NCBI GenBank assembly: GCA_032470195.1
Contig: JAVHYX010000002.1
Coordinates: forward strand, 263,625-327,624
Reading direction: 5' to 3'
Source: Burkholderia sp.
GTDB taxonomy: Bacteria; Pseudomonadota; Gammaproteobacteria; Burkholderiales; Burkholderiaceae
Length of the DNA stretch: 64,000 bases
In this document: piece after piece, positions 35,403 through 46,400 of the stretch
Numbering within the stretch: the first letter of the stretch is position 1
How the letters are laid out: the number at the start of each line of letters is the position of its first letter
Translations under genes and position numbers: made by a program
Notes under the pieces: generated by a model
What the model was told of the DNA's origin: nothing
Databases searched by the model: none
What the model saw: only the letters and a program-made list of their open reading frames with translations

Positions 35403-35535
35403 CTAACAAAAAATTATATTCGTAAATCAAAATTTACACAAGTATTATTTAATATAATAATCAGAAATCTATGATTTATTATCATAGAATGATTATTCTA
35501 GAAGTAGAGAAAATACATATTTTTACATAATTTTC

Positions 35536-36639
35536 TTAAAAAAGACGGGTTTCACGTGCGGCTCTGAGAAACGTATCAAGTAACGGTGTGCAGTCGAGTA
35601 GTTCTGGTGCACCTACACGATGAAATTCAGGATGCCACTGTACTCCTACAACAAATGGAGCTCGTTTATAACGTATACTTTCAATAATTCCGTCGCTGGC
35701 TGATACCGCTTCAATACTAAGATCACGTCCTAGATCACGAATCGCTTGATGATGAATTGAGTTAACGATTGCTTCTCTACGATCAGGAAACATACTTAAG
35801 AATGTTGATCCGTCAGGAAATCGGATAGCATGGCGATGCTGGTCATAATGTTCACTTACGTGAGGCTGTGCTGTTGGAACATCTGTTGATATATCTTGAT
35901 AAAGTGAACCACCGAATGCAATATTAATTAACTGACAACCTCGACAAATACCAAGAACTGGCTTACCAGACTCAACGAATTCGTGAAATAGTTCTAATTC
36001 ATACGTATCACGAGCGCGGTCGCCAGGCCATTCTTTATATGAATCTGATGATGCTGCATATGTTTGTGGTGATACGTCTGCGCCACCTTGTAATAACAGA
36101 CCATCGAGATATTTTGCATAATCCCTTAATCGAATGTTGCTCGGGTGAAGCATTCCATGATTTGCTACAGCTGGAATCATAAATACGAGAACATCACGTG
36201 ACATTACCCAGTGCGCTACTGATTCCTCTAAATATTGTAGCGTCTTATTGTATAGTCCAGATGCCCCAAGCTCTGGATAAAAAATACGTGCAGATACCCC
36301 AATACGTAGTGTACGCTGTATAATTCTCTGACCAATCCGATTTGATAACCTACGTGCATGTGCTACGATTATTCGGCCGAATACTGATAAAGGCGTATCA
36401 GTCTTCTTTAGATATGCTGGCGGTGGCAGCGACTTACTGTCAGTAGATTGTAGTCTCGAAACTTCAAGATTAAGAGGTGCATCAAATCTAGGCAACTTTG
36501 AGTTAATTTCATTATTCTTAGTAACATCATAGGATATCAGTTTAATATCAGCCGATATATTAGTGTTCTTCGTATCGTTTTGTATGATAAGGTCGGTAGA
36601 AGACATGTTTCGTTTCATAAAAATATTATTTTGAGGCAC
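35536..36639 (-). CDS. Class I glutamine amidotransferase, peptidase C26 / PuuD-like family
   Basis: Motifs DGLLLQGGADV, GICRGCQ (catalytic Cys), VNSIHHQ and GVQWHPE (His-Glu). Low-complexity N-terminus; start uncertain. Confidence 0.9.
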   Translation of the reverse strand: MPQNNIFMKRNMSSTDLIIQNDTKNTNISADIKLISYDVTKNNEINSKLPRFDAPLNLEVSRLQSTDSKSLPPPAYLKKTDTPLSVFGRIIVAHARRLSNRIGQRIIQRTLRIGVSARIFYPELGASGLYNKTLQYLEESVAHWVMSRDVLVFMIPAVANHGMLHPSNIRLRDYAKYLDGLLLQGGADVSPQTYAASSDSYKEWPGDRARDTYELELFHEFVESGKPVLGICRGCQLINIAFGGSLYQDISTDVPTAQPHVSEHYDQHRHAIRFPDGSTFLSMFPDRREAIVNSIHHQAIRDLGRDLSIEAVSASDGIIESIRYKRAPFVVGVQWHPEFHRVGAPELLDCTPLLDTFLRAARETRLF

Positions 36640-36858
36640 TGTTTACATGATCAACTTAAAAGATCTAGCATTTACTATGCTATGTACTCAGTTTATAGCT
36701 GCAAATTAAAATGTATTAAATCAAAATATGATTTGTTAAATTAGATAATTAGTTAATGCAATATCGAATATAAAATTCATAGTTAATATTATGTAGTACG
36801 TATAGGTTGTACATGTTGCAGTGAACTAGTTTTACTTCTCTTCTCAACTTTCTTTTCT

Positions 36859-37395
36859 ATGAGCCTTTCAACGACAATGAGCAACTTCCCTCTTTCCCTG
36901 CGCTGCGAGCGCCGTTTTCTAAGCCTGATTGGTTTTTTTTGTATACTACTTCTAGTAAGTGCACTTTATTTACAATATGTTCAACATGAGGATCCATGTC
37001 CACTCTGTATTCTACAGCGCTATTTCTTTGCATTGATTGCTATCTTTTCCTTTATTGCAACAGGAATGCAGCGCTGGAGGTGGGTCCTATTACTCGAATC
37101 ACTAATTGCACTCTCAGCGATCGCTGGCGGCGGAATTGCAGCCCATCATTTAATAATACAGCTTAATCCAGGATTTAGCTGTAACTTCGATGCTATGGAA
37201 GCACTGGTTGAGCGTCTACCGTTTACCAAATTTTTTCCATGGATATTTGAAGTTAAAGGCGAGGTCGGTTGTGATATGGTCTATCCAGCAATTATTGGAA
37301 TTCCACTTCCAGGCTGGGCGCTGCTTAGCTTTATATTGATCCTAATTACAGTCTTTATTAGTATCTTTCGTCATCGCGGGCAATTTTATAAATAA
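36859..37395 (+). CDS. dsbB: Disulfide bond formation protein B
   Basis: PCPLCILQR motif, second Cys pair (FSCNF...GCD) and four hydrophobic segments. The start may be ATG 36877. Confidence 0.95.
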   Translation: MSLSTTMSNFPLSLRCERRFLSLIGFFCILLLVSALYLQYVQHEDPCPLCILQRYFFALIAIFSFIATGMQRWRWVLLLESLIALSAIAGGGIAAHHLIIQLNPGFSCNFDAMEALVERLPFTKFFPWIFEVKGEVGCDMVYPAIIGIPLPGWALLSFILILITVFISIFRHRGQFYK

Positions 37396-37409
37396 GAGTA
37401 AACGTAAAC

Positions 37410-37434
37410 AGCTCACCCACTAAGGGTGAGCTTT
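37410..37434 (+). terminator. Intrinsic terminator after dsbB
   Basis: agctcaccc-actaa-gggtgagct perfect 9-bp stem followed by tt and an AT-rich tail. Confidence 0.75.
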
Positions 37435-37751
37435 AAAAATTTTGTTCTTTAAGAAAAGATTTAAATTTATCTAAAAAGTATTAAATGTGTATGAATTGCT
37501 TATTCTCTCTATTTGAAAGTTATATATTTCAATATTATATAATTATATCTTATGTTTAAGTTTCTTAAAAACTTAATATAGCTAGTCTCAATTCTATAAT
37601 ATTGAAATATATAGTAGAATATAGTCTATTTATTTATCTAAATTCTCAAGAGCATACCCTCTTTTATACACTTAATCATCCATGATAATTAAGTGTATAA
37701 ATTATAATATATAAGATAATTTAATTTTATTGAGTAACTAATTTAGTTATT

Positions 37752-38537
37752 TTACCAAAATATAAGTTGCGAACCAACTACGATAAGTGTAACTGCTAGC
37801 ACGTTGCATAGTAGATACTCTGGCGTATGTGATGATAGATGACTACCAATTGTAATGCCAGGTAAGGAGCCGACTAGTAGAGAGGTTAACATCGACCAGT
37901 CGATCGAATTAAAAATCCAGTAACCAATTCCAGGTATTAATGTTAATGGTACTGCATGCGCAATGTCTGATCCGATAACTCGCGCCACCCCAATATTTGG
38001 ATAGAGTAAAAGCAATACACTGACGCCGAGACCTCCGGATCCAACAGACGTTATTGAGACGAGTACACCTAATACTATTCCTGTTAGCACGGTTGATAGA
38101 AATATTTTGTCTCTATTAAGAGTAAAACGATTTTGAGTTATAAATGCAGCGAGCTTCTGTCGGAATATTAGCGTGATTGATGTAAGAAGGAGTGCGATAC
38201 CGAGTGTAGTCCTAATCAAGTCTACAATTTTTTGGGAATTCATACCATAAGTATGAAGAAATAATAGAGTGAATATAGAGGAAGGAATGCTACCTGTTGC
38301 AAGTCGGCCAGTAATTCGCCAATCTATGGATCTCTTAAGATTATAGATAAGCATTCCAACTGTCTTTGTCGCTGCTGCATATAATAGATCAGCACCGACC
38401 GCAGTCGGTGGATGAACGTGAAATAACAGTACTAAGATTGGCGTCATTAGCGAACCACCACCTACGCCGGTTAGTCCAACTATGAATCCGACCAATAAGC
38501 CAGATAGAGAATACAGCAGATCGATATGAGGAAACAT
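37752..38537 (-). CDS. Sulfite exporter TauE/SafE family membrane protein
   Basis: Motifs GLTGVGGGSLMTP, AVGADL, TSVGSGG and IGSDIAHAVPL; hydrophobic throughout. Confidence 0.92.
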   Translation of the reverse strand: MFPHIDLLYSLSGLLVGFIVGLTGVGGGSLMTPILVLLFHVHPPTAVGADLLYAAATKTVGMLIYNLKRSIDWRITGRLATGSIPSSIFTLLFLHTYGMNSQKIVDLIRTTLGIALLLTSITLIFRQKLAAFITQNRFTLNRDKIFLSTVLTGIVLGVLVSITSVGSGGLGVSVLLLLYPNIGVARVIGSDIAHAVPLTLIPGIGYWIFNSIDWSMLTSLLVGSLPGITIGSHLSSHTPEYLLCNVLAVTLIVVGSQLIFW

Positions 38538-38931
38538 GATCTAATAGCATTAGCAGTTTTAGTTTTAATAACATCGGTTATTAAATATACTAAATTAGAA
38601 GGCATTGTTCTCAACAATTAAGAATTATACTTGAAATTTCATATTATATCCAAATTAACGTCGTCGATATGAACAGAAAAATAGAATATTAAGCATCTAT
38701 ATCACATAAACTATTTTTCATAGTTAGCAATTGATTAGAATGTATATTCTATGTTTCAGCATAAGAGATTATATAATTGAAATGCATTGCTAGCGATCTT
38801 ATTCTATATAAATTCTGGTTTGTTCTAGTTTAACTAAGGATAAATTCTCTAATTTAGATAATACCTATCGGGTTATATAATATTAGAAATACTATAACTA
38901 GTTTCATACTTATTCTAATTAAGACAGCTAT

Positions 38932-40233
38932 TCATTCTACATTTGTCCACTCAATATTTGCTCCTAGAGAACATAAATTTTCGACGAAATGCGGATGCGC
39001 ACGGCGGATTGGTAGTGCATTTATGATTTCTGAACGGCCTTTAATGCTAGCAGCAACCATCAACAGCGCAATTGCAACACGGATAATATATGGACTTTCA
39101 ACGCGTGCAGGTGATAGCTCTAATCCGCCAAATGTGATAAGCCTGTGGGGGTCAGACAGAAAAATATGTGCACCAAACTTCGATAGCTCACCTGTCCATC
39201 CGAGAGCGCCATCGTACACTTTGTTCCAGAACATTGCATTACCTTCTGCTTGTATGCCAAGCGCTATGAAGATAGGTAGGAGGTCAACTGGCACGTACGG
39301 CCAGGGCGCAGCTTCGACCTTCATCAAAATATTTTGAGTAAACGGCTGTCGAACACGTAGTGGACCGTCACGTTCAATATACGACCAGCCATTATTATGA
39401 ACGACATGCACGTTGAATTTTTCAAATGTGCGGTCGATCAATGGGAAATATTCTGGAAATGAATTGCGAACTGCGATAGAGCCACCTGTAATTGCACCAA
39501 GCGCGAGGAATGTTGATATCTCATGAAAATCTTCACAAAAACGAAATTTTCCGCCACCTAGCTTACATCCTCCCGTTATACGGATACGTGATGTACCAAG
39601 ACCTTCAATTATTACACCAAGCATCATGAGGAACTGGCCGAATTCCTGTACATGTGGTTCAGATGCTCCATTAGTTAGCACCGACGTTCCATCTGCGATT
39701 GTCGCACAAAGTATGAAATTCTCAGTTGTCGTTACCGATGCATAGTCCAACCAATGATCATTTGCCTTTAGCAGATTATCTATGCGAATAATAATGGAAT
39801 CTGTCGTGCGTTCTATATCTGCCCCAAAGCGCTTGAATACTTCGATATGTGGATCGACTTCGCGAACGCCTAGTGTGCAGCCTTTTACGTTGCTCTCAAG
39901 ATGAGCAACGCCAAATCTTGCGAGTAGCGCAGGGATCAGCATGATCGAGGAGCGCATTGTTTCTGGTAGCTTATGTATAGCTGGGTTAAACTGTATATTA
40001 ATATGATGTAATTCAAGAATACCGGTATTAAAATTAATTAATACTTCGCTACCAAGCGTACGGAAAATATCAAGTATTTTACTAACATCTGTAATATCTG
40101 GTACACCGATAAGTCGAAGTGGCTGATCAGTTAGAAGAGTCGCGCAAAGAATTGGCAGAACAGCATTCTTATTAGCAGATGGTTGGATGTTGCCGAGAAG
40201 TGGCGTACCACCGTGAACGATGAGATTCGACAC
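38932..40233 (-). CDS. murA: UDP-N-acetylglucosamine 1-carboxyvinyltransferase, divergent MurA paralog
   Basis: Motifs SANKNAVLP, MRSS, KGCTLGVRE.DPH, ASVTTTEN and ASEPHV; GTG start. Confidence 0.9.
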   Translation of the reverse strand: MSNLIVHGGTPLLGNIQPSANKNAVLPILCATLLTDQPLRLIGVPDITDVSKILDIFRTLGSEVLINFNTGILELHHINIQFNPAIHKLPETMRSSIMLIPALLARFGVAHLESNVKGCTLGVREVDPHIEVFKRFGADIERTTDSIIIRIDNLLKANDHWLDYASVTTTENFILCATIADGTSVLTNGASEPHVQEFGQFLMMLGVIIEGLGTSRIRITGGCKLGGGKFRFCEDFHEISTFLALGAITGGSIAVRNSFPEYFPLIDRTFEKFNVHVVHNNGWSYIERDGPLRVRQPFTQNILMKVEAAPWPYVPVDLLPIFIALGIQAEGNAMFWNKVYDGALGWTGELSKFGAHIFLSDPHRLITFGGLELSPARVESPYIIRVAIALLMVAASIKGRSEIINALPIRRAHPHFVENLCSLGANIEWTNVE

Positions 40234-40487
40234 AGAATGAATATATCGTTAGGCTGATATAAATGGTATATAACACCATCATATAAGAAAAGTTAGCTAA
40301 ATTACTATAGCTATTTTATATATCGATCATTATATCGACTAGAATTAGTTTTATTAATAAATATATTATGCAAAATAAGTATAACAACTTTGTTGTTATC
40401 AGATATTTCCTTATTAAAGAAATCCTAAATAAATTATGCTATAATAGCATTATTCTTTGCTTAATTTAATCACAAATTGGATCTACT

Positions 40488-42074
40488 TTGCTTTCTACTG
40501 TCAACATAACAATGCAATTCGGACCTAAGCCCTTATTCGAGAATATTTCTGTTAAGTTTACTAGAGGTAATCGATATGGATTGATTGGTGCGAATGGTTG
40601 CGGCAAGTCAACATTTATGAAAATCATTGGTGGTGATCTCGAGCCTAGCTCTGGTAGCGTTTCGATCGAATCGAATATCCGTCTCGGAAAGCTACGTCAA
40701 GACCAATTCGCATATGAAGATATATGCGTGTTGAACGTCGTTTTAATGGGCCACACTGAAATGTGGGACGTGCTTACTAAACGAGATAAAATCTATTCGA
40801 GTCAAGATTCAACTGATGAAGACTACATACACGCGGCAGAACTCGAAGAAAAGTTCGCTGAATATAGCGGCTACGATGCAGAAGCACGCGCATCCGCTAT
40901 TCTGACTGGGATTGGCATCAAGGAAAAATTCCATAATGGTCCAATGAGTGAAATTTCACCAGGCTGGAAACTTCGCGTTTTGCTTGCGCAAGCTCTATTT
41001 TCAAAGCCAGATGTGTTGCTACTAGATGAACCGACAAATAACCTTGATATTAATTCTGTTAGGTGGCTAGAAGATACATTAAATCAATACAATTCAACGA
41101 TGATTATCATTTCGCACGATCGTCACTTCTTGAATTCTGTATGTACACATATAGCTGATATAGATTACAGTACACTAAAGATTTGGCCAGGAAATTATGA
41201 CGACTATATGCTTGCGTCATCACAGGTGAGAGAGCGTCAGGCTGCTACAAATTTGCGTGCAAAAGAACGAGTAGCCGAGTTGCAGGATTTTATTCGTCGT
41301 TTCTCTGCCAACAAATCTAAAGCACGTCAGGCGACAAGTCGAATAAAGCAGATTGATAAAATTAAGATTGATGAATTTAAGCCATCGTCACGACAGAATC
41401 CATTTATTCGCTTTGAGCCTGAGAACAAACTTTATAATATTGTTGTCGTAGCAGATGCTATTACAAAAAAGTATGAGAGAACAATTTTTTCAAATTTCAG
41501 TATGACAGTGCAGCCAGGTGAAAAAATTGCGATCATTGGTGAGAATGGTGCTGGAAAAACAACATTGCTTCGCGCACTGCTCGGTACTATTTCACTTGAA
41601 GATGGAAATATTAAGTGGGCAGAAAATGCAAATATTGGATATATGCCACAAGACATGTATGAGGAATTTCAGAACGAAATCACGCTAATTGATTGGATGA
41701 ATCAGTATAGAAATGATGGCGATGATGAAACAATGATTCGTAGAACGCTCGGTCGTCTTTTATTCAAGGCGAATGATACAAAAAAATCTGTAAAAGTATT
41801 ATCAGGTGGCGAGAAAGGGCGAATGATTTTGGGAAAACTGATGCTCGGGCGCCATAACGTGTTACTAATGGATGAACCAACTAACCATATGGATATGGAA
41901 TCTATTGAGTCGTTGCAGATAGCACTAGAAAAATTTGATGGAACATTGATTTTCGTATCGCACGACCGAGAATTTGTAAGCAGCCTTGCAAATCGAATAA
42001 TTGAAGTAAAAATAGATAGTACAATTCTTGATTTTAGTGGAAATTATGATGATTTCTTAGCAAGTCAAATGTAA
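40488..42074 (+). CDS. ybiT: ABC-F family ATPase (YbiT-like)
   Basis: Two ATPase cassettes ([16 protein letters not shown] and [21 protein letters not shown]) with no membrane domain; TTG start. Confidence 0.9.
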   Translation: MLSTVNITMQFGPKPLFENISVKFTRGNRYGLIGANGCGKSTFMKIIGGDLEPSSGSVSIESNIRLGKLRQDQFAYEDICVLNVVLMGHTEMWDVLTKRDKIYSSQDSTDEDYIHAAELEEKFAEYSGYDAEARASAILTGIGIKEKFHNGPMSEISPGWKLRVLLAQALFSKPDVLLLDEPTNNLDINSVRWLEDTLNQYNSTMIIISHDRHFLNSVCTHIADIDYSTLKIWPGNYDDYMLASSQVRERQAATNLRAKERVAELQDFIRRFSANKSKARQATSRIKQIDKIKIDEFKPSSRQNPFIRFEPENKLYNIVVVADAITKKYERTIFSNFSMTVQPGEKIAIIGENGAGKTTLLRALLGTISLEDGNIKWAENANIGYMPQDMYEEFQNEITLIDWMNQYRNDGDDETMIRRTLGRLLFKANDTKKSVKVLSGGEKGRMILGKLMLGRHNVLLMDEPTNHMDMESIESLQIALEKFDGTLIFVSHDREFVSSLANRIIEVKIDSTILDFSGNYDDFLASQM

Positions 42075-42189
42075 TCTTGATTGTCTATTATTCTTGAAAA
42101 GGAAAAATATAAATAGATAGTATAGCTGGAAACAGAGATGTCTCTTTTAAATATCTTATTAAATTCTCAATTTATTAGAACGAAATCAT

Positions 42190-42600
42190 ATTTCTTCTGA
42201 CAAGAATTAGAGTTGACCTGTAACGAAGTTGTATTTCCAATGAAATTTATGAAATTATTAAGATAATATGACTTCTCATCGAGAGAGTAGATCAATCACA
42301 TTCTTCAATATTCATGTGAGTCCGATCATATGATTATACATTCTTTAGTTCAGATAATACGTGATTCACGATAGTCAATATTATATCTTATCAATAGAAT
42401 TGACGATAACCTTGTAAACAATGTTACGTATTTTCAGTTGTCAAGCTAGATCCACATGTATCGCGCTTCGTATTTATCTCAAAAATTATGATGTTACAAG
42501 TTGTATATAACTGATATACCTAAATGTGTTTTATCAAATGTTATCCATCGCTTACGTCTTATCTATCATTAAATAGCTATCATGTTTTAGATCAATTCTT
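42190..42600 (+). pseudogene. Very faint DEAD-box RNA helicase remnant
   Basis: ESDHMI (42318-42335) resembles EADRML; later KQCYVF...KL and VIHR fragments appear in shifting frames. Matches the recalled helicase-gluQ-rhodanese-dnaE order. Confidence 0.3.
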
Positions 42601-42659
42601 CGAGATAGTACATTTTTATTTTTATTGATAGATTTGACCTTCAAAAATAATATTTTGAT

Positions 42660-42848
42660 CTTAGAATGAGATCTATTATAGACAGCGCGTTGACAAATTT
42701 GGATGCTATATGTTCGTTAATATATAGGAAATACCGCATGCCGGAAACCGATATCAATAAACGCAGATTTAATACTATGCAGTACGAGAACTATTTTCTA
42801 AAGACATAAATCTTATCAATACCACTGCAAAATAGATCTCATTCTAAG
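42660..42848. repeat. 18-bp perfect inverted repeat pair bounding 189 bp
   Basis: cttagaatgagatctatt at 42660-42677 and its exact reverse complement aatagatctcattctaag at 42831-42848. Confidence 0.9.
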
Positions 42849-42960
42849 TGAAGCTCTTTGAGTTTTTATCCATCTTATTGGATAAGTGCGACTCGCGTTT
42901 CCTATTTCATAATGTTGATCAGGATTTTTCATGGTGAACTTCGTAGAAGTTGATATAGAG
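42730..42960 (+). pseudogene. gluQ: Remnant of glutamyl-Q tRNA(Asp) synthetase
   Basis: NLINTTAK*ISF* (42809-42847) aligns to DLLDSTARQIYLQ, mostly by single-base changes; RYQ and AVR upstream and a HGE fragment downstream. Confidence 0.5.
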
Positions 42961-43139
42961 GTAGCAATGCTTTATATAGCAAACTTTGCTATATCAACAT
43001 GATAATTTTTGATGAATTTAATTTATAAACTAAATGCTATTTTTATGATTACTACTATATTGAGCTTAAGATTTATTCAAGTATTTTTCTCCTTTGAAAA
43101 TTGAATTCTACTAAGTTGAAGTAAACGTAATATACTAGT

Positions 43140-43240
43140 TAATGATGATAATAGCTGACATATAAATGAGAATGAAATGGAAGAAATTAACTTTATTTAT
43201 CTATCAAATCGGGACAGCATTTTCAATTTCAATTATAAAT
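43140..43240 (+). pseudogene. Faint remnant of rhodanese-domain tRNA hydroxylase (TrhO-like)
   Basis: MEEIN...YQI.DSIFN resembles MKEIG...VYQLEGGILKY; immediately upstream of dnaE. Confidence 0.35.
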
Positions 43241-43414
43241 TAGATTTAATTATCTCTTATTAGATATTCGTTTTTATATCAAACAAAGAAAGAGAAGTGG
43301 GCTTTATTCAAAATTAAATTGTAAGGTCGTGACAGAGTTATGTACTAGAAAATTATATACGATAAAAAGTCTTAATAAGACCAGATCGTATCTTGACATA
43401 CTTTAACTAAACTT

Positions 43415-46400
43415 ATGCCAGATCCTCGTTTTATTCACCTTCGTACTCACTCTGAATTTTCGATTGCTGATGGAATTGTACGTCTTGACGACATCATCAA
43501 GACGGCGGGTGAAGATAATCAAGTTGCGCTTGCGCTTACTGATCTTAGTAATGTATTTGGTCTTGTTCGATTCTATACTAAAGCTTGCCTCAGCGGTATT
43601 AAGCCAATTGCTGGTTGTGACGTCTGGATAAAAAATTCTGACGATCGAAATAGGCCATCACGTTTGCTTCTACTTGTTAAGGATAAAATTGGCTACCTAA
43701 ATCTCTGCAAACTACTTTCAAAGGCTTGGCTCACTAATCAGTATTGTGGTCGTGCAGAGCTTAATAGTCAGTGGCTCGAAACTGAACTAGCTGAAGGATT
43801 AATCGCGCTGTCTGGCGCACAGTATGGTGACATCGGCCTTGCGTTCTCTGATGGAAATGAAGAGGGTGCATATAAACACGCTCGACGTTGGTCTGCCTGT
43901 TTCCCTGGAAGGTTTTATATAGAATTACAGCGTTACGGTCAGTCTGGTGCAGAAGTATATATCCAACATGCATTGTCGCTTGCTATGTCGCTAAGACTAC
44001 CTGTAGTTGCTACACATCCAACGCAATTCATGAATAAGGAAGACTTTACTGCGCATGAGGTACGAGTATGTATTTCGGAAGGCGATATACTTGCGAATCC
44101 AAAGCGTCAGAATAATTTTACGACTAACCAGTTCTTTCACACACAGGAGCAGATGGTTTCCTTATTTATCGATCTACCATCAGCTATTGCTAATACGATT
44201 GAAATAGCGAAACGATGCAACCTAATTCTCGAACTTGGTAAGCCAAGGTTGCCAATATTCCCAACTCCAGATGGAGTATCGCTTGAAGATTATTTAGTCA
44301 AGTTATCGAAAGATGGCCTCGATAAACGACTCGAACAACTTTATTTAGATAAAACTGAGCGAAATATAAAGCGCAGCACCTACTATAAGCGCCTTGATTT
44401 TGAGTGTAAAACCATTACAAACATGGGCTTTCCTAGCTATTTTCTGATTGTCGGTGACTTTATCAATTGGGCAAAAAAAAATAATATTCCGGTTGGTCCT
44501 GGTCGTGGATCAGGAGCAGGATCTCTCGTTGCGTTTGCGCTTGGTATTACAGACCTAGACCCTTTACGCTATAACCTGCTTTTCGAACGTTTCCTTAATC
44601 CAGAACGTGTATCAATGCCAGATTTTGATATCGATTTCTGTCAGAATGGACGAGACCGTGTTATTCAGTATGTAAAAGAAAAATACGGCGCATCTTCAGT
44701 ATCACAGATTGTGACGTTTGGTACAATGGCTGCGAAAGCTTCAGTACGTGACGTTGGCCGCGTTCTTGATCTAGGCTATATGTTTACAGATAGTCTTGCA
44801 AAGCTAATCCCATTTAAACCGGGAAAGCATATAACGATTGCCGAAGCAATGAAGGAAGAGCCTCTTCTTCAAGAGCGATACAATAATGAGGATGAAGTTC
44901 GTCAGTTGCTCGATCTTGCACAACGTGTTGAGGGGCTAGCACGTAATGTTGGAATGCATGCAGGAGGTATGCTGATTGCACCTGGTAAGTTAACTGATTT
45001 TTGTCCGTTATATGTTCAGGGTGATAATAGTGCTGTTGTTAGTCAGTATGATAAAAATGATGTTGAGGCAGTTGGACTTGTGAAGTTTGACTTTCTTGGA
45101 CTGACTACATTAACAATTCTTAATTTAACGAAACACTACATCAGTATGCTTGATTCTGAGAAGAAAGATTGGTCTCTAGAACACGTTCCACTTAACGATC
45201 AAACATCATTTAATCTTCTAAAAAAAGCAAATACTGTCGCAGTATTTCAACTTGAAAGTCGTGGAATGAAAGAAATGTTGAAAGACGCAAAGCCTGATCG
45301 ATTTGAAGATATCATAGCACTTGTATCATTATATCGTCCTGGTCCGATAGACCTTATTCCAACTTTCTGTGCACGAAAGCATGGACGTGAAAAAATTGAT
45401 TATCCCGATCCGCGTGTAGAATCAGTATTAAAAGAAACTTATGGAATTATGGTCTATCAGGAACAAGTTATGCAGATGGCGCAGATTATTGCTGGATACT
45501 CACTCGGTAGCGCTGATTTACTACGTCGAGCTATGGGCAAGAAGAAGCCTGAAGAGATGGCAAAGCACCGTGAATTTTTCCGAGATGGAGCAGCGAAGAA
45601 CGGGCTAACATCGGATAAAGCTAATGAAATTTTTGATTTAATGGAGAAGTTTGCAGGTTATGGATTTAACAAATCACATGCAACTGCATACGCCATGCTT
45701 GCATACTATACGGCATGGATGAAAGCTAATTATCTAGCTGAATTTATGGCCGCCAACATGACTCTAGCAATTAGCGACACCGACAAAATTAAAATCCTAT
45801 TTAATGACTGTATAGAAAATGGTTTAACAGTTTTACAGCCAGATATTAATGAGTCACATTATGGTTTCTTACCAGTCGCACAGGAAGATACAAAACGCTC
45901 GAATACGATTCGATATGGTCTCGGTGCGTTGAAGGGAAGTGGTCAGAATGCTATAGAAGAAATTATACGTGCGCGCAATGAAAAACTGTTTTCAGATATG
46001 TTTGATTTCTGTAGGCGAATCGATCGCCGCATTGTAAACCGACGGATGGTTGAAGTGCTAGTTCGCGCAGGTGCATTCGATTCAGTATGTACAAACCGAG
46101 CAAGATTACTTGAAACAGTACCACTGGCTATACGAGCAGCTGATCAGGCAGAAATAAACTCTATGCAAGCACTTCTATTCGACGATAGTACGGAATTCGA
46201 ACATAAACAAGAATCCGTCACTTATGAAACAGTATGGGACGAGAAGAAACGTTTGCGTGAAGAAAAGGGTGCACTCGGGTTTTATCTATCTCGTCACTTA
46301 TTTGATACATACAGAATGGAAGTTCGTCGTTTTGCTAGTGAGTCTCTCAGCGAACTAAAAGAAGGAAAGGACAAACTTATTGCTGGTGTGATTACATCAA

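Noticed and set aside
42666-42809. 47-codon ORF inside the inverted-repeat-bounded segment as a mini-transposon gene
   Set aside because: Too short, no transposase features, and it overlaps the gluQ remnant in another frame.
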